From: Anaeramoeba ignava BMAN
Lineage: Eukaryota > Protista > Anaeramoebae
NCBI GenBank assembly: GCA_028826165.1
Contig: JAPDFW010000144.1
Location: 47,001-111,000, forward strand
Direction of reading: 5' to 3'
DNA: 64,000 nucleotides
Part shown: positions 48,801 through 61,436 of the stretch, piece after piece
Layout: each line of letters starts with the position of its first letter
Position numbering within the stretch: the stretch's first letter is position 1
Program-made: the position numbers and the translations under genes
Notes under the pieces: model-generated
Seen by the model: the letters and a program-made list of their open reading frames with translations, nothing else
The model's database searches: none
What the model was told of the DNA's origin: nothing

Positions 48801-51800
48801 TTATTTTTTGTGACAACATTTTGTTTTGCAAAATCCACAATGAGTTTTCCAAGAAAAACACATCATTTTAACACTCTTATTATTTTTACGATAAGAAACA
48901 GCAACAAAAGCAAAAAGTCCAAGAAAAGTAAGTCCACATAAAGATCCTACAACAGCTCCATAACTTTTTAAACTACTAATAGATTTAAAACTTCGGATTT
49001 TAGCATCACTATATCCAGATCTATGATAATTACCTCTACTTGAAGGCCATAAAATATTTGAACTTCCTGAATCTGGAATATTATAAGCAACAACTCCAGC
49101 ATAAACAGTGTTGATAACAATTTGTATATTATTTGTTCCTGCTATTCTTCCTATTGATGGTGCTGGAAGTGATCCTCCCCATGTAACTGATGATGATCTT
49201 GGTGATGGTAAATCGATTGAATGAATTATATCTCCTGAATATGAAAGAATGATTAATTTTCCATTTTTATATGAATCACCTTGTGCCCATGTTGTTATTA
49301 TGATTTCTGCATGCCCATCATCATCTATATCTACTATAGCTGGTTCAGATGAAAAATAAATTGTTCCTGATCCTGAATATGCACAATATGGCCAATTGTA
49401 ATGTTCACTTTTATCAAGCCAATATGCATGAAGACATCCATCATATCCTGACCAAAGAATTTCAACATCTCCCTTTTATTTATTTTGATTTTGATATTTA
49501 TTTTGATTTTGATTTAAATTTAATTTTAATTTTGATTTTGATTTTGATTTTTGATTTTAATTTTAATTTTGATTTTAATTTTGATTTTGATTTTGATTTT
49601 AATTTTGGATTTTGATTTTCATTTTGATTTTAATTTTGATTTTGATTTTGATTTTGATTTTAATATTGATTTTAATATTGATTTTAATATTGATTTTGAT
49701 TTTGATTTTGATTAATATATTTAGTTAATTAAATAAATACATCTCCATCAATATCAACTGGAACTGCATGCCATTGTGGATTTTGAATAACATTATAATC
49801 ATTAGAAACAACATGATTTGTTACTGGAACAACAGTCCAATCATGATTAGAACTGACAAATCTAGTTCTATCAATATTAACAATAAATGGACTAAGAAAT
49901 TGAACATCATATCCTCCTATAATTTTAATTTTGAATTTAATTTTAATTTTGATTTTGAATTTGAATTTGATTTCGAATTTAATTTTGAATTTGAATTTGA
50001 TTTTGATTTTGATTTTGATTTTGAATTTGATTTTGATAAAAAGAATGAGTAAAATTAATTTGTACCTCCAATACAATCATATTGATTTGTGATAATGATT
50101 ATCTAAACAAATTAAAATTAAAATTAAAATTAAAATTAAAATTAAAATTAAATTATAAAAAAAGTGGATTAAAAAAATAATGATAATGATAATAAATACT
50201 CTTTTTTCTCCATCAATATCTGCAAAAGAAACTCCACTATCTGCAAGATTTCCTCTTAAATTATGAACACTACAATCAATCCAACCTTGATATTCATAAG
50301 CAACATCTAAATAAAAAGATACTTCTCCCCAATATTGACCACCTCCTCCAAATACATTATTTGCAATAAGTGGAGTTGCATTAATATCATAAACACATAT
50401 TGAACAAACATCACTTGGCACAAAAAGATATGTTTTTGTTGTTCCATTAATTGTAAAAGTTTGGACACCTTGTGTTGCATCATACGTTCCCCAAGAACCT
50501 CCTGGTGTCTAAAATATAAATATAAATATTAATATAAATATAAATATAAATATAAATATAAATATAAATATAAATATAAATATAAATATATATAATAAAT
50601 ATAAATATAAATATAAATATAAATATAAATATTAATATAAATATAAAATAAATATAAATATAAATATAAATATAAATATAAATATAAATATAAATATCAA
50701 TATCAAATATAAATATAAATATAAATATAAATATAAATATAAATATATACAGATGATTGTCTTTGAGGCCATCCTGATAAAAACATTTAAAGTCTCCTTT
50801 GAGCAATTCCCTACAAAATTTGATAATATCCATCACCATTAAAATCAGCAACTGTTAAAGAACGAATTTCATTAGATGCAACTTGTTTTGGAAATCCTGG
50901 TTTCATAATTCCATTTAAATCCATAACACTAATCCATCCATTTGAATGTCCCATAACAATTTCAGTTTCTCCATCATGATCAACATCAGCAAGAATATAA
51001 ATTTAATATTTAATATTTATTATTTATTATTTATTATTTAATATTTAAATATTTATTATTTATTATTTATTATTTAATATTTATTATTTAATATTTATTA
51101 TTTAATATTTAAATTTAATATTTAATATTTAATATTTAATATTTAATATTTATTATTTATTATTTATTATTTAATATTTAATATTTACTTAATATTTATT
51201 TATTATTATTTATTCATTTATAAATTTATATTTTATTTATTTATTATTTATATATTATTATAATTATTTTATTAAATTTATATTTAAATTTATTAAATAT
51301 TTATTATTATATATTTTATTTAATATTTTAATATTTAATATTTAAATATAAAATATTTAAATATTAAATATAAATATTTAAATTAATATTTAATATAAAT
51401 TTATTATTTAAATATTATTTGTATTTTATTTATTTATTATTTATTATTTAATATTTATTATTTAATAAATATTTTTATTTATTAACAACATTTATATATT
51501 TTAAATATTATTTTTATTTTTATTTTTATTTGCATTTATTTCCTTATTATTTATTATTTATTATTTGATAATATTTCCATTCACCATTTTAATTATTAGC
51601 ATTTATTATTTAATATTTTCATTTAATATTTTAATATTTGTTTTTTAAATTTAATATTTAATATTTCCATTTAAATCCATAACAATATTTCCATTTAATT
51701 TGAATGTATTTAATATTTGTTGTTATTTATTATTTATTATTTCATATTTTATTTATTATTTAATAATATTTATTATTTATTATTTTTATTTAATATTTAA

Positions 51801-52414
51801 TATTTAATATTTATTATTTATTATTTTATTTATTATTTATTATTTATTATTTATTATTTATTATTTATTATTTAATATTTATTATTTATTATTTAATATT
51901 TAATATTTATTATTTATTATTTATTATTTATTATTTATTATTTAATATTTAATATTTATTATTTAATATTTAATATTTAATATTTATTATTTATTATTGG
52001 AAAAAAAACAAACAAGTTCTTCCAACACTAGAAGCTGAAGGTTCATTTGAACCATGACCAGCTGCAGCTGTCCATTCGATATTTCCTGTTGCTCCATCAA
52101 TCATCCAAACAGAATAAGAAGCTGCAACAATTTTTCCTTGTGTTTCTAAAAGAGCTGGTGAAGAATACCTTTTAAAAATAAATTTGTTTATTTTGAAAAA
52201 AAATATAAAAAGTCAACAAAAAAAATTAATTAAAAAAAAATTCAATGAAAAATATTAAAAAAAATAAACTTTACCAACCAGTTTCACACCATGAAGAATA
52301 ACAACCAACATAAGACCATAATAATTCTGGTTTAGAAATTGAATTTGGAGCTTGATTTAAACAAACCATAACAGAAAAAAACAAAATTATTGTTATTTTT
52401 ATTGTTTTTTTCAT
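48801..52414 (-). CDS. FG-GAP-repeat membrane protein, copy 2 (tandem duplicate; exon 3 damaged at ~50780-50820 and ~50995)
   Basis: Exons nearly identical to copy 1 with the same intron positions. The small deletions and the missing acceptor may be assembly errors or pseudogenisation. Confidence 0.75.
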
Positions 52415-52470
52415 TTTTCCAAAAAAAAAATTAAAAGAAAATGAGAAAAAAAATGAAAAAAATTTTTTGT

Positions 52471-53456
52471 TTATTTATTCAATTTTTTTAATCCTTTTTC
52501 TTTAATTCCTTTTTTAATTTTTTTAATTTGTTCTTTTTTATTTGAAATTAAATATTCTAATTCTAAATTATCTTCTAAATATTCTTTAATTAATTGACTT
52601 AAAGTAATATTTTCTGCTTTTAAATTTTCATTTTCTTCTTTTATTAAATTAATTTTGTTTATTAATTCTTTTATTTGTTTTGAAATTGAATTATTATTAT
52701 TATTATTGTTATTTAGATCAATATTTTTATTCTATTTTTAAATTTTATTTATTAATTAAAAAAAAAAAAGTGGAATTGAAAATTAAGATTAAAATTTTAA
52801 AGAAGAATTATTTTGTTTTTTTAAATAGAAAATTTAATTAAATATTACATTTTTGATTTGATTATTTTTTGATCCATTTTTTAGATTATTTTTTAAATTA
52901 TTTTTATTTTTTTTATGAGATTTTGATTGAGGTTTTAATAAATCATTTGAATTTCTTTCTTTTGCTTTAATCTTTTTTAACTAAAATTAAATAAAAATAA
53001 ATTAATAATTCCAAAATAAAAAGAGGAATAAGAAGAATAATAATAAGAAAAAAGCAAAAAAATAAATTTCTTTTCTTTTTTTCTTAATAAATTTTAAAAA
53101 GAATAAATATCGAAATTTATTTATTTTAAAAAGAAAAAAAAAATTTTTTTTTTCCATTCTTTTTTCTTTTTAAAAAATAAAAAATAAAAATAAAAATAAA
53201 AATAAAAAATAATTTAAAAAATAATTTAAATTAAAATAAGGGAATAAAAATAAAAAACAATAATAAATTTAATTTTAATTTTAAATTAAAATATAAAAAA
53301 ATAACAAACTTTGCGATAATTATGCAATCTACATTTATTACAAATTCTATTAGAAGAACCATAAATTGAAGATAATTCTAAAACAAGTCTAAAAGGTTTG
53401 GGTCGAGAAAATTTATCAAGTTCAAATCCACAACAACAACATTTATTTTCATTCAT
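52471..53456 (-). CDS. Small C4 zinc-finger + coiled-coil protein, 3 exons (introns 52981-53309, 52732-52848); absent from the ORF track
   Basis: MNENKCCCCGFELDKFSRPKPFRLVLELSSIYGSSNRICNKCRLHNYRK|LKKIKAKE...|..IKELINKINLIKEENENLKAENITLSQLIKEY..*. Both GT-AG introns keep the frame. Confidence 0.7.
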
Positions 53457-54208
53457 TTAAAAAAGAAAAAGAAAAAGAAAAAAAGTAATTTTCTTTTTAT
53501 TTAATTTTTTTGATCGTTTTTTTTTTCTTTTTTAAACAATAAAAAAAATAATTTTTAATTTATAATATTTTTTAAAAAAAAAGAGTTGAGTCATAAATTT
53601 AATTTCTTTTTTAAATCTTTTATTTAATTTTATTTAAATAATCATTTCAAAAATTTTTTTTAATTTTTTTTTAATTTTGATCGAAAAAATTTTTTTTAAA
53701 AAAGAAAATTAAATTTTAAAATAAAAAATGATTTAAAATTAGAATTAAAGTTTAAATTATTTAAATTTAGATTTAGATTATTTTTTTTCCGAATTCAATT
53801 TAAAAGTTAAAAAAAGTAAATTTAATTTCAAAATAATTCAAATAAAAATTTCACTTTTTCCTTTTTTTTTTGTTCCACATTTTTTTTTTAAAGATTTAAA
53901 TATTTTTTTTTTTGGAATTAAATATTTTGAAAGAATTAAATTAAAAATTAATTTTTTAATTAAAAATAAATTTATTTTTTGAATAAAAAAATATTTAAAA
54001 AAATATCAAAAATAAAAAGAGAAATTAATAAATATAAGAATAATAAAACTAATCAAAAACATTTCTTATATAAATTTTTATTCAGTAATATTATTTTATT
54101 CCTAATTCATTTTAGAAATTTAATGAGAGAAAAATTTCAAACAATTTTTTATTTTTTTCATTTTTCAATTATTCTTTTTTTTTTAAAAAAATTTAAAATA
54201 AAAAAAAA

Positions 54209-54745
54209 ATGATGAATAAAAAAGATGAAAAAAATGAATCAACAAATAAAGAAGTGGAATCAATATTAACGAATCAATTACCAGAAAAACAAAATCAAGA
54301 AGATGATTTAAAAAGAAAACACAATAAAACACCAGAAATTACACCCGTTAAAAATTTACAACCTCCACAAAGAAGTAGTACAAGAGAATTAAAAAAATCA
54401 CATCAAAATACAAAAAAAAAGAATAAGAAAAATATGTCGGAAGAAAAAGAAAAAGAAACTAAATCTTTTGTTGATCAAGATTTAATTTCTAGAAAATTAA
54501 ATTTTACTTCTAAAAATGGAGATATTGAAAAAAATAAAGTGGATGAAATTGAATCGGAAAAAATTGATGATAAAGAAAGTTTTAATAAAGAGGATGAATA
54601 TATTTCTGATGAACAAGAGTCTTCTGATGAAGTTGATAAGAAGACACCTAATAAAAATGAATCCAAAAAATCAAAACAAAGATCAAAAAAAAAGAAAAGA
54701 GATAAAAAAAGAAAAGAAATTAAAAAGAAAAAATCAAATTTATGA
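54209..54745 (+). CDS. Hypothetical charged, probably disordered protein
   Basis: 178-aa non-repetitive ORF with raised GC relative to its flanks; no recognisable domain. Confidence 0.55.
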   Translation: MMNKKDEKNESTNKEVESILTNQLPEKQNQEDDLKRKHNKTPEITPVKNLQPPQRSSTRELKKSHQNTKKKNKKNMSEEKEKETKSFVDQDLISRKLNFTSKNGDIEKNKVDEIESEKIDDKESFNKEDEYISDEQESSDEVDKKTPNKNESKKSKQRSKKKKRDKKRKEIKKKKSNL

Positions 54746-54884
54746 TTAATTTAACTATGTTTGGCACATGAAATATGTTTTTGTTTCATCCATTCATAAC
54801 TAAAAATTGATATTCTTTTAAGTTTTTAAATGAAAAAAACTTTTAAAAACAAAATTAAAAATTAAAAAAAAAAAAGCAAAAAGG

Positions 54885-57560
54885 AGTTTTCATTTTAAAT
54901 TAAAAATTAAATATAAAAATATATTAATTACTTAATAAATTATTTATAAATTTAATTTTGAAAAAGGATTTATTATTATTATTAATTTATTATTATTAAA
55001 TTTTATATTAAATTAAAAATATTTTCAATTTAAATTAAAAATTAAACATAAAAATATATTAATTAGTTAATAAATTATTTATAAATTTAATTTTAAAAAG
55101 AATTTATTATTATTATTAATTTATTATTATTAAATTTTATATTAAATTTAAAATATTTTCATTTTAAATTAAAAATTAAACATAAAAATATATTAATTAC
55201 TTAATAAATTATTTATAAATTTAATTTTAAAAAGGATTTATTATTATTATTAATTTATTATTATTAAATTTTATGTTAAATTTAAAATATTTTCATTTTA
55301 AATTTAAAAAATTAAACATAAAAAATATATTAATTAGTTAATAAATTATTTATAAATTTAATTTTAAAAAGAATTTATTTAATATTATTTAATTTATTAT
55401 TAAATTTTATGTTAAATTTAAAATATTTTCATTTTAAATAAAAATTTAATATAAAATATATTAATTACTTAATAAATTATTTATAAATTTAATTTCAAAA
55501 AGAATTTATTATTAATATTAATTTATTATTATTAAATTTTATGTTAAATTAAAAATATTTTCATTTTAAATTAAAAATTAAACATAAAAAATATATTAAT
55601 TACTTAATAAATTATTTATAAATTTAATTTTAAAAAGAATTTATTATTAATATTAATTTATTATTATTAAATTTTTTTATTAAATTTAAAATATTTTCAT
55701 TTTAAATTAAAAATTAAATATAAAAATATATTAATTACTTAATAAATTATTTATAAATTTAATTTTAAAAAGAATTTATTATTAATATTAAATTATTATT
55801 ATTAAATTTTTGTTAAATTTAAAATATTTTCATTTTTAAATTAAAAATTAAACATAAAAATATATTAATTACTTAATAAATTATTTATAAATTTAATTTT
55901 AAAAAAGGATTTATTATTATTATTAATTTATTATTATTAAATTTTTATTAAATTTAAAATATTTTCATTTTAAATTAAAAATTAAATATAAAAATATATT
56001 AATTACTTAATAAATTATTTATAAATTTAATTTTAAAAAGAATTTATTATTAATATTAATTTATTATTATTAAATTTTATATTAAATTAAAAATATTTTT
56101 CAATTTAAATTAAAAATTAAACATAAAAATATATTAATTAGTTAATAAATTATTTATAAATTTGATTTTAAAAAAGAATTTATTATTAATATTAAATTAT
56201 TATCATTAAATTTTTATTAAAATTAAAATATTTTCATTTTAAATTAAAAATTAAATATAAAAATATATTAATTAGTTAATAAATTATTTATAAATTTAAT
56301 TTTAAAAAGAATTTATTATTAATATTAATTTATTATTATTAAATTTTATTAAATTTAAAATATTTTCATTTTAAATTAAAAATTAAATATAAAAATATAT
56401 TAATTACTTAATAAATTATTTATAAATTTAATTTTAAAAGAATTTATTATTAATATTAATTTATTATTATTAAATTTTATATTAAATTAAAAATATTTTC
56501 ATTTTAAATTAAAAATTAAACATAAAAATATATTAATTAGTTAATAAATTATTTATTAAATTTAATTTTAAAAAAGAATTTATTATTAATATTAATTTAT
56601 TATTATTAATTTTTATTAAATTTAAAAATATTTTCATTTTAAATTAAAAATTAAATATAAAAATATATTAATTACTTAATAAATTATTTATAAATTTAAT
56701 TTTAAAAAGAATTTATTATTAATATTAATTTATTATTATTAAATTTTTATGTTAAATTTAAAATATTTTCATTTTAAATTAAAAAAAAATTAAATATAAA
56801 AATATATTAATTACTTAATAAATTATTTATAAATTTAATTTTAAAAAGAATTTATTATTAATATTAATTTATTATTATTAAATTTTATATTAATTTTAAA
56901 ATATTTTCATTTTAAATTAAAAATTAAACATAAAAATATATTAATTAGTTAATAAATTATTTATAAATTTGATTTTAAAAAGAATTTATTATTAATATTA
57001 ATTTATTATTATTAAATTTTATATTAATTTTAAAATATTTTCAATTTAAATTAAAAATTAAACATAAAAATATATTAATTAATTAGTTAATAAATTATTT
57101 ATAAATTTAATTTTAAAAAGAATTTATTATTAATATTAATTTATTATTATTATTAATTTTTTATTAAATTTAAAATATTTTCATTTTAAATTAAAAATTA
57201 AACATAAAAATATATTAATTATTTAATAAATTATTTATAAATTTAATTTTAAAAAGAATTTATTATTAATATTAATTTATTATTATTAAATTTTTATTAA
57301 ATTTAAAATATTTTCATTTTAAATTAAAAATTAAACATAAAATATATTAATTTAATAAATTATTTATAAATTTAATTTTAAAAAGAATTTATTATTAATA
57401 TTAATTTATTATTATTAAATTTTTTATTAAATTTAAAATATTTTCATTTTAAATTAAAAATTAAATATAAAAATATATTAATTAGTTAATAAATTATTTA
57501 TAAATTTAATTTTAAAAATTTATTATTAATATTAATTTATTATTTATTAAATTTTTATTT
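54885..57560. repeat. ~134-bp AT-rich satellite, about 20 tandem copies
   Basis: Unit TTTTCATTTTAAATTAAAAATTAAAYATAAAAATATATTAATTASTTAATAAATTATTTATAAATTT... recurs at ~54888, 55022, 55157 ... 57311, 57441. Confidence 0.95.
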
Positions 57561-57969
57561 TTTTTTTTAAATTTTTCATTTTTATTTTTCATTTTTATTT
57601 TCAAATTAATCAAGAAAAAAGAAAAGAAAAATTTTTTTTTTGATTTTTATTATTCTTTTAATTTTTTTTTTTAATTATTAAAAATATTGGATTTAATTGA
57701 AAAATTTTTTTTTTTTTAATAATTGTTTTTGGTAAGTAAAATCAAAAACAAAAAAAAAAAGCAAAAATAAATAATAAAAATAAATAACAATTAAAAATAA
57801 ATTTCAATTAACCATTTACGTTATTTTAATTAATAAAATCTAAATAAAAACCAAAATAAAAATAAAAATATATTGTTATTCTAAATAAAAATCAAAATTA
57901 ATAATTAAAAATAAAAATAAAAATTTAAATAAAATTTAAATAAAAAAGAGCAAAAAAAATCCAAAAAAA

Positions 57970-60430
57970 ATGGGGGCAAAATTAGTAAAAATTCAAAAAG
58001 CAATTGATCAAGAAGATTCTATAGTATTAAAAATTAATCACACCCAAAACAATAAATGCAACAGATGGGGAGCATGAGAGTCCACTTGTGTATTCTATAA
58101 GACAAAAATATGTAGTAGTTAATTTTCTGTTAGATTTTCCAGGAATAAATATCAATATGATTGACAAACACACAAATTTTTCAGCACTTCAACATGCAGT
58201 CTTAGGAAAAGACACAGAAGCAATGGATATTCTTTTGAAGAAGGGAGCAGATCCCAATGTGCAGGATTCAAATGGAAGAACTCCACTTATTTTTGCTTGT
58301 GTTGGTGGAAATGAGGAAGCTTGCAATATGCTTATTAATGCTAAAGCAGATTTGAATTTAAAAGACAAGGAAGGCAAGGCTCCAATTCATGCTGCAGTTG
58401 TTAGCAGCGCAAGAAAACATTAATGTTGTTAAATTGTTGTTGGTGCAAAAATTGAGGAAAAAGATGTTAAAGGAAGAACTCCTTTACATCTTGCTGTTTT
58501 TTTATCTAATTTTCAAGTTGTCAAATTGCTTTTAGATAAAGGAGCTGTTTTTAATTATAAAGATTATACTTTGATTCATGTTGTTTGTTTGGGTGGTAAA
58601 TTAATAAAAGATTGGGTTACTTTAGAATTTAATAGAAAACCAAAAGATGAAGAAAAACCAAAAGAGAATGAAAAAGAGAATGAAAAAGAGAATGAAAAAG
58701 AGAATGAAAAAGAGAATGAAAAAGAGAATGAAAAAGAAAAGAAAGATGAAAAAGAAAAAGAAAAGAAAGATGAAAAAGAAAAAGAAAAGAAAGATGAAAA
58801 AGAAAAAGAAAAGAAAGATGAAAAAGAAAAAGAAAAGAAAGATGAAAAAAAAAAATCAAAATCAAAATCAAAGTCAAAATCAAAGTCAAAATCAAAGTCA
58901 AAATCAAAATCAAAATCAAAATCAAAATCAAGTGATTCAGATTCATCAGATAAAGAAAAGAAAAAGAAGAAAAAGAAAGATGAAAAAAAAGATGAAAAGA
59001 AAGATGAAAAAAAAGATGAAAAGAAAGATGAAAAGAAAGTTGAAAAGAAAGTTGAAAAGAAAGTTTCAATCCATCAAGAAAAAATGGAAATTTTGGATCT
59101 TCTTTTCCAAAAGGGAATACCAATTGATACATTTGATCAAAATGGAGAAATGCCAATTCACATTGCATGCAGTTCAGGAATGTTAGAAATTGTTGAATGG
59201 CTTGTTTCTCACAAAATTGATGTAAACGCACTTGATCAACAAAAAGTATCCCCAATTCACAATGCTTGTTTATATGGACATCTTGATATTGTTAAATATC
59301 TTTTGGCAAATGGTGCTAAACCTGAACTTGAAGATCCAAAACATGGAACTGCACTTGAAACTACACTTAGATCACAAAAACATTTTGAAAACAAATGGAA
59401 ATATTCAAATCAATTATTCGAACAAATTGTTGAAATTATTAGTCTGAAAACCAAGGAAGATATTCAAGATTTACGCAAAAATTCTTCAACCAAAATTTGA
59501 TATTAAAGAAAATAGTTCAATTGAATTCAAAAGAAAATGAAATTGAAAGAGAAGAATCTCTTAAAAAAAAAGAAAGAAAGAGAGAAAAACAAGGAAGAAA
59601 AACTTTCTAAAATTGAAAAAAAGAAAAGAAAAACCAAAAAGAAAGAATTAACAAAAAGCAAAAGAATCTCAAGAACAAGATGAAAAACCAAAAGATGAAA
59701 ACAAAGATGAAAAACAAAAGATGAAAAGTCAAAAGATGAAACCAAAAGATGAAAAGCCAAAAGATGAAAAAAAAAAAGATGAAAACCCAAAAGATGATAA
59801 AAAGAAAGATGAAAAACCAAAAGATGATAAAAAGATGAAAAAAAAAGATGATAAAAGAAAGATGAAAAACCAAAAAGTTGAAAAACCAAAAGACCAAAAA
59901 CCAAAAGATGAAAAGCCAAAAGTTGAAAAAAAAAGATGATAAAAGTTGAAAAAAAGAAAGATGAAAAAAAAAGTTGAAACCAAAAAAACCAAAAGATGAA
60001 AAACCAAAAGTTAAAACCAAAAGAAAAACCAAAAGATGAAAAACCAAAAGTTGAAAAACCAAAAGTTGAAAAACCAAAAGATGAAAAACCAAAAGATGAA
60101 AAACCAAAAGTTAAGAAAGATGAAAAATAAAAAGAAAACAAAGAAAGATGAAACCAAAAAAGATGATAAAAACAAAAAGATGAAAAACCAAAAGATGAAA
60201 AACCAAAAAGGAAAAACTAAAAGTTTGAAAAACCAAAAAGATGAAAAAATGAAAAGATGAAACCAAAAGTTGAAACCCAAAAGTTGAAACCCAAAAGTTG
60301 AAAACCAAAGTTGAAACCCAAAAGAAAAGAAAGATGAAAAAGAAAGATGAAAAAGAAAAAGAAAAACATCATAATTCAGATTCAACTTCTTCTTCACCTT
60401 CAACAAATTACATAAAGTTTTGATACTGAT
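57970..60430 (+). CDS. Ankyrin-repeat protein with K/E/D-rich inserts and tail; several apparent frameshifts; 3' end uncertain
   Basis: SALQHAV..GADPNVQDSNGRTPLIFAC, GKAPIHAA, GRTPLHLAV, GEMPIHIAC, SPIHNACLYGHLDIVKYLLANGA. Start MGAKLVK at 57970. Confidence 0.75.
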
Positions 60431-60740
60431 TAATCAATCATTAAAAACAAAATCAAATAATTTGATTTTGGTGTTACCTTTTTCTTCTTTCTTTTCATTG
60501 AAGTTTTTGAAATTTTTCTCAACATTTTCATTTAAGAAAAAGGATAATTAATTAAAAATTGATTGGAAAACAAAAATAAAAATATTTTCTTTTCTTTTAT
60601 TTTTATTTAAAATAAAAGTGGAATGTTTTCCAGAATAAAATTTATTTTTGTGAAATTTATTTTTATTGATTTATTCAATTCTCAAAAATCATTTTTAAAC
60701 ATCAAATGAAATGAAAAAGTTAAATTTTAACAAATTTAAA

Positions 60741-61436
60741 TTAATTTCCACCTCTTAATCTTAAAACTAAATCGTTGTTGAATCTTTTTGAACTGAATAA
60801 TCATTTAATGTTCTTGAATCTTCTAATTGTTTTCTGCAAAAATTAATCTTGTTGTTCAGATGAAATTCCTTCTTTTTCTTGAATTTTTGATTTAATATTC
60901 TCAATAGAATCATTTGGATCAACATCAAAGTAATTGTTCTTCCAGTTAATGTTTTAACAAATATTTGGAAATTTCCACCTCTTAATCTTAAAACTAAATG
61001 ATTATTATTTGAATCTTTTTGAATTGAATAATCATTTAATGTTCTTGAATCTTCTAATTGTTTTCCAGCAAATATTAACCTTTGTTGTTCAGATGAAATT
61101 CTTCCTTTTCTTGAATTTTTGATTTAATATTCTCAATAGAATCATTTGAATCAACATCAAAAGTAATTGTTCTTCCATTAATGTTTTAACAAATATTTGG
61201 AAATTTCCACCTCTTAATCTTAAAAACTAAATGAATTGTTGATTCTTTTTGAATTGAATAATCATTTAAAGTTCTTGAATCTTCTAATTGTTTCCTGCAA
61301 AAATTAACCTTTGTTGTTCAGATGAAATTCCTTCTTTTTCTTGAATTTTGATTTAATATTTTCAATAGAATCATTTTGAATCAACATCAAATGGTATTGT
61401 TCTTCCAGTTAATGTTTTTAACAAATATTTGAAAAT
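60741..61436 (-). CDS. Divergent polyubiquitin-like gene, at least 3 units, with many indels (low-quality sequence or pseudogene)
   Basis: Unit consensus [77 protein letters not shown]; ends GGN-stop. Fragments of a further unit at ~61470-61570. Confidence 0.85.
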
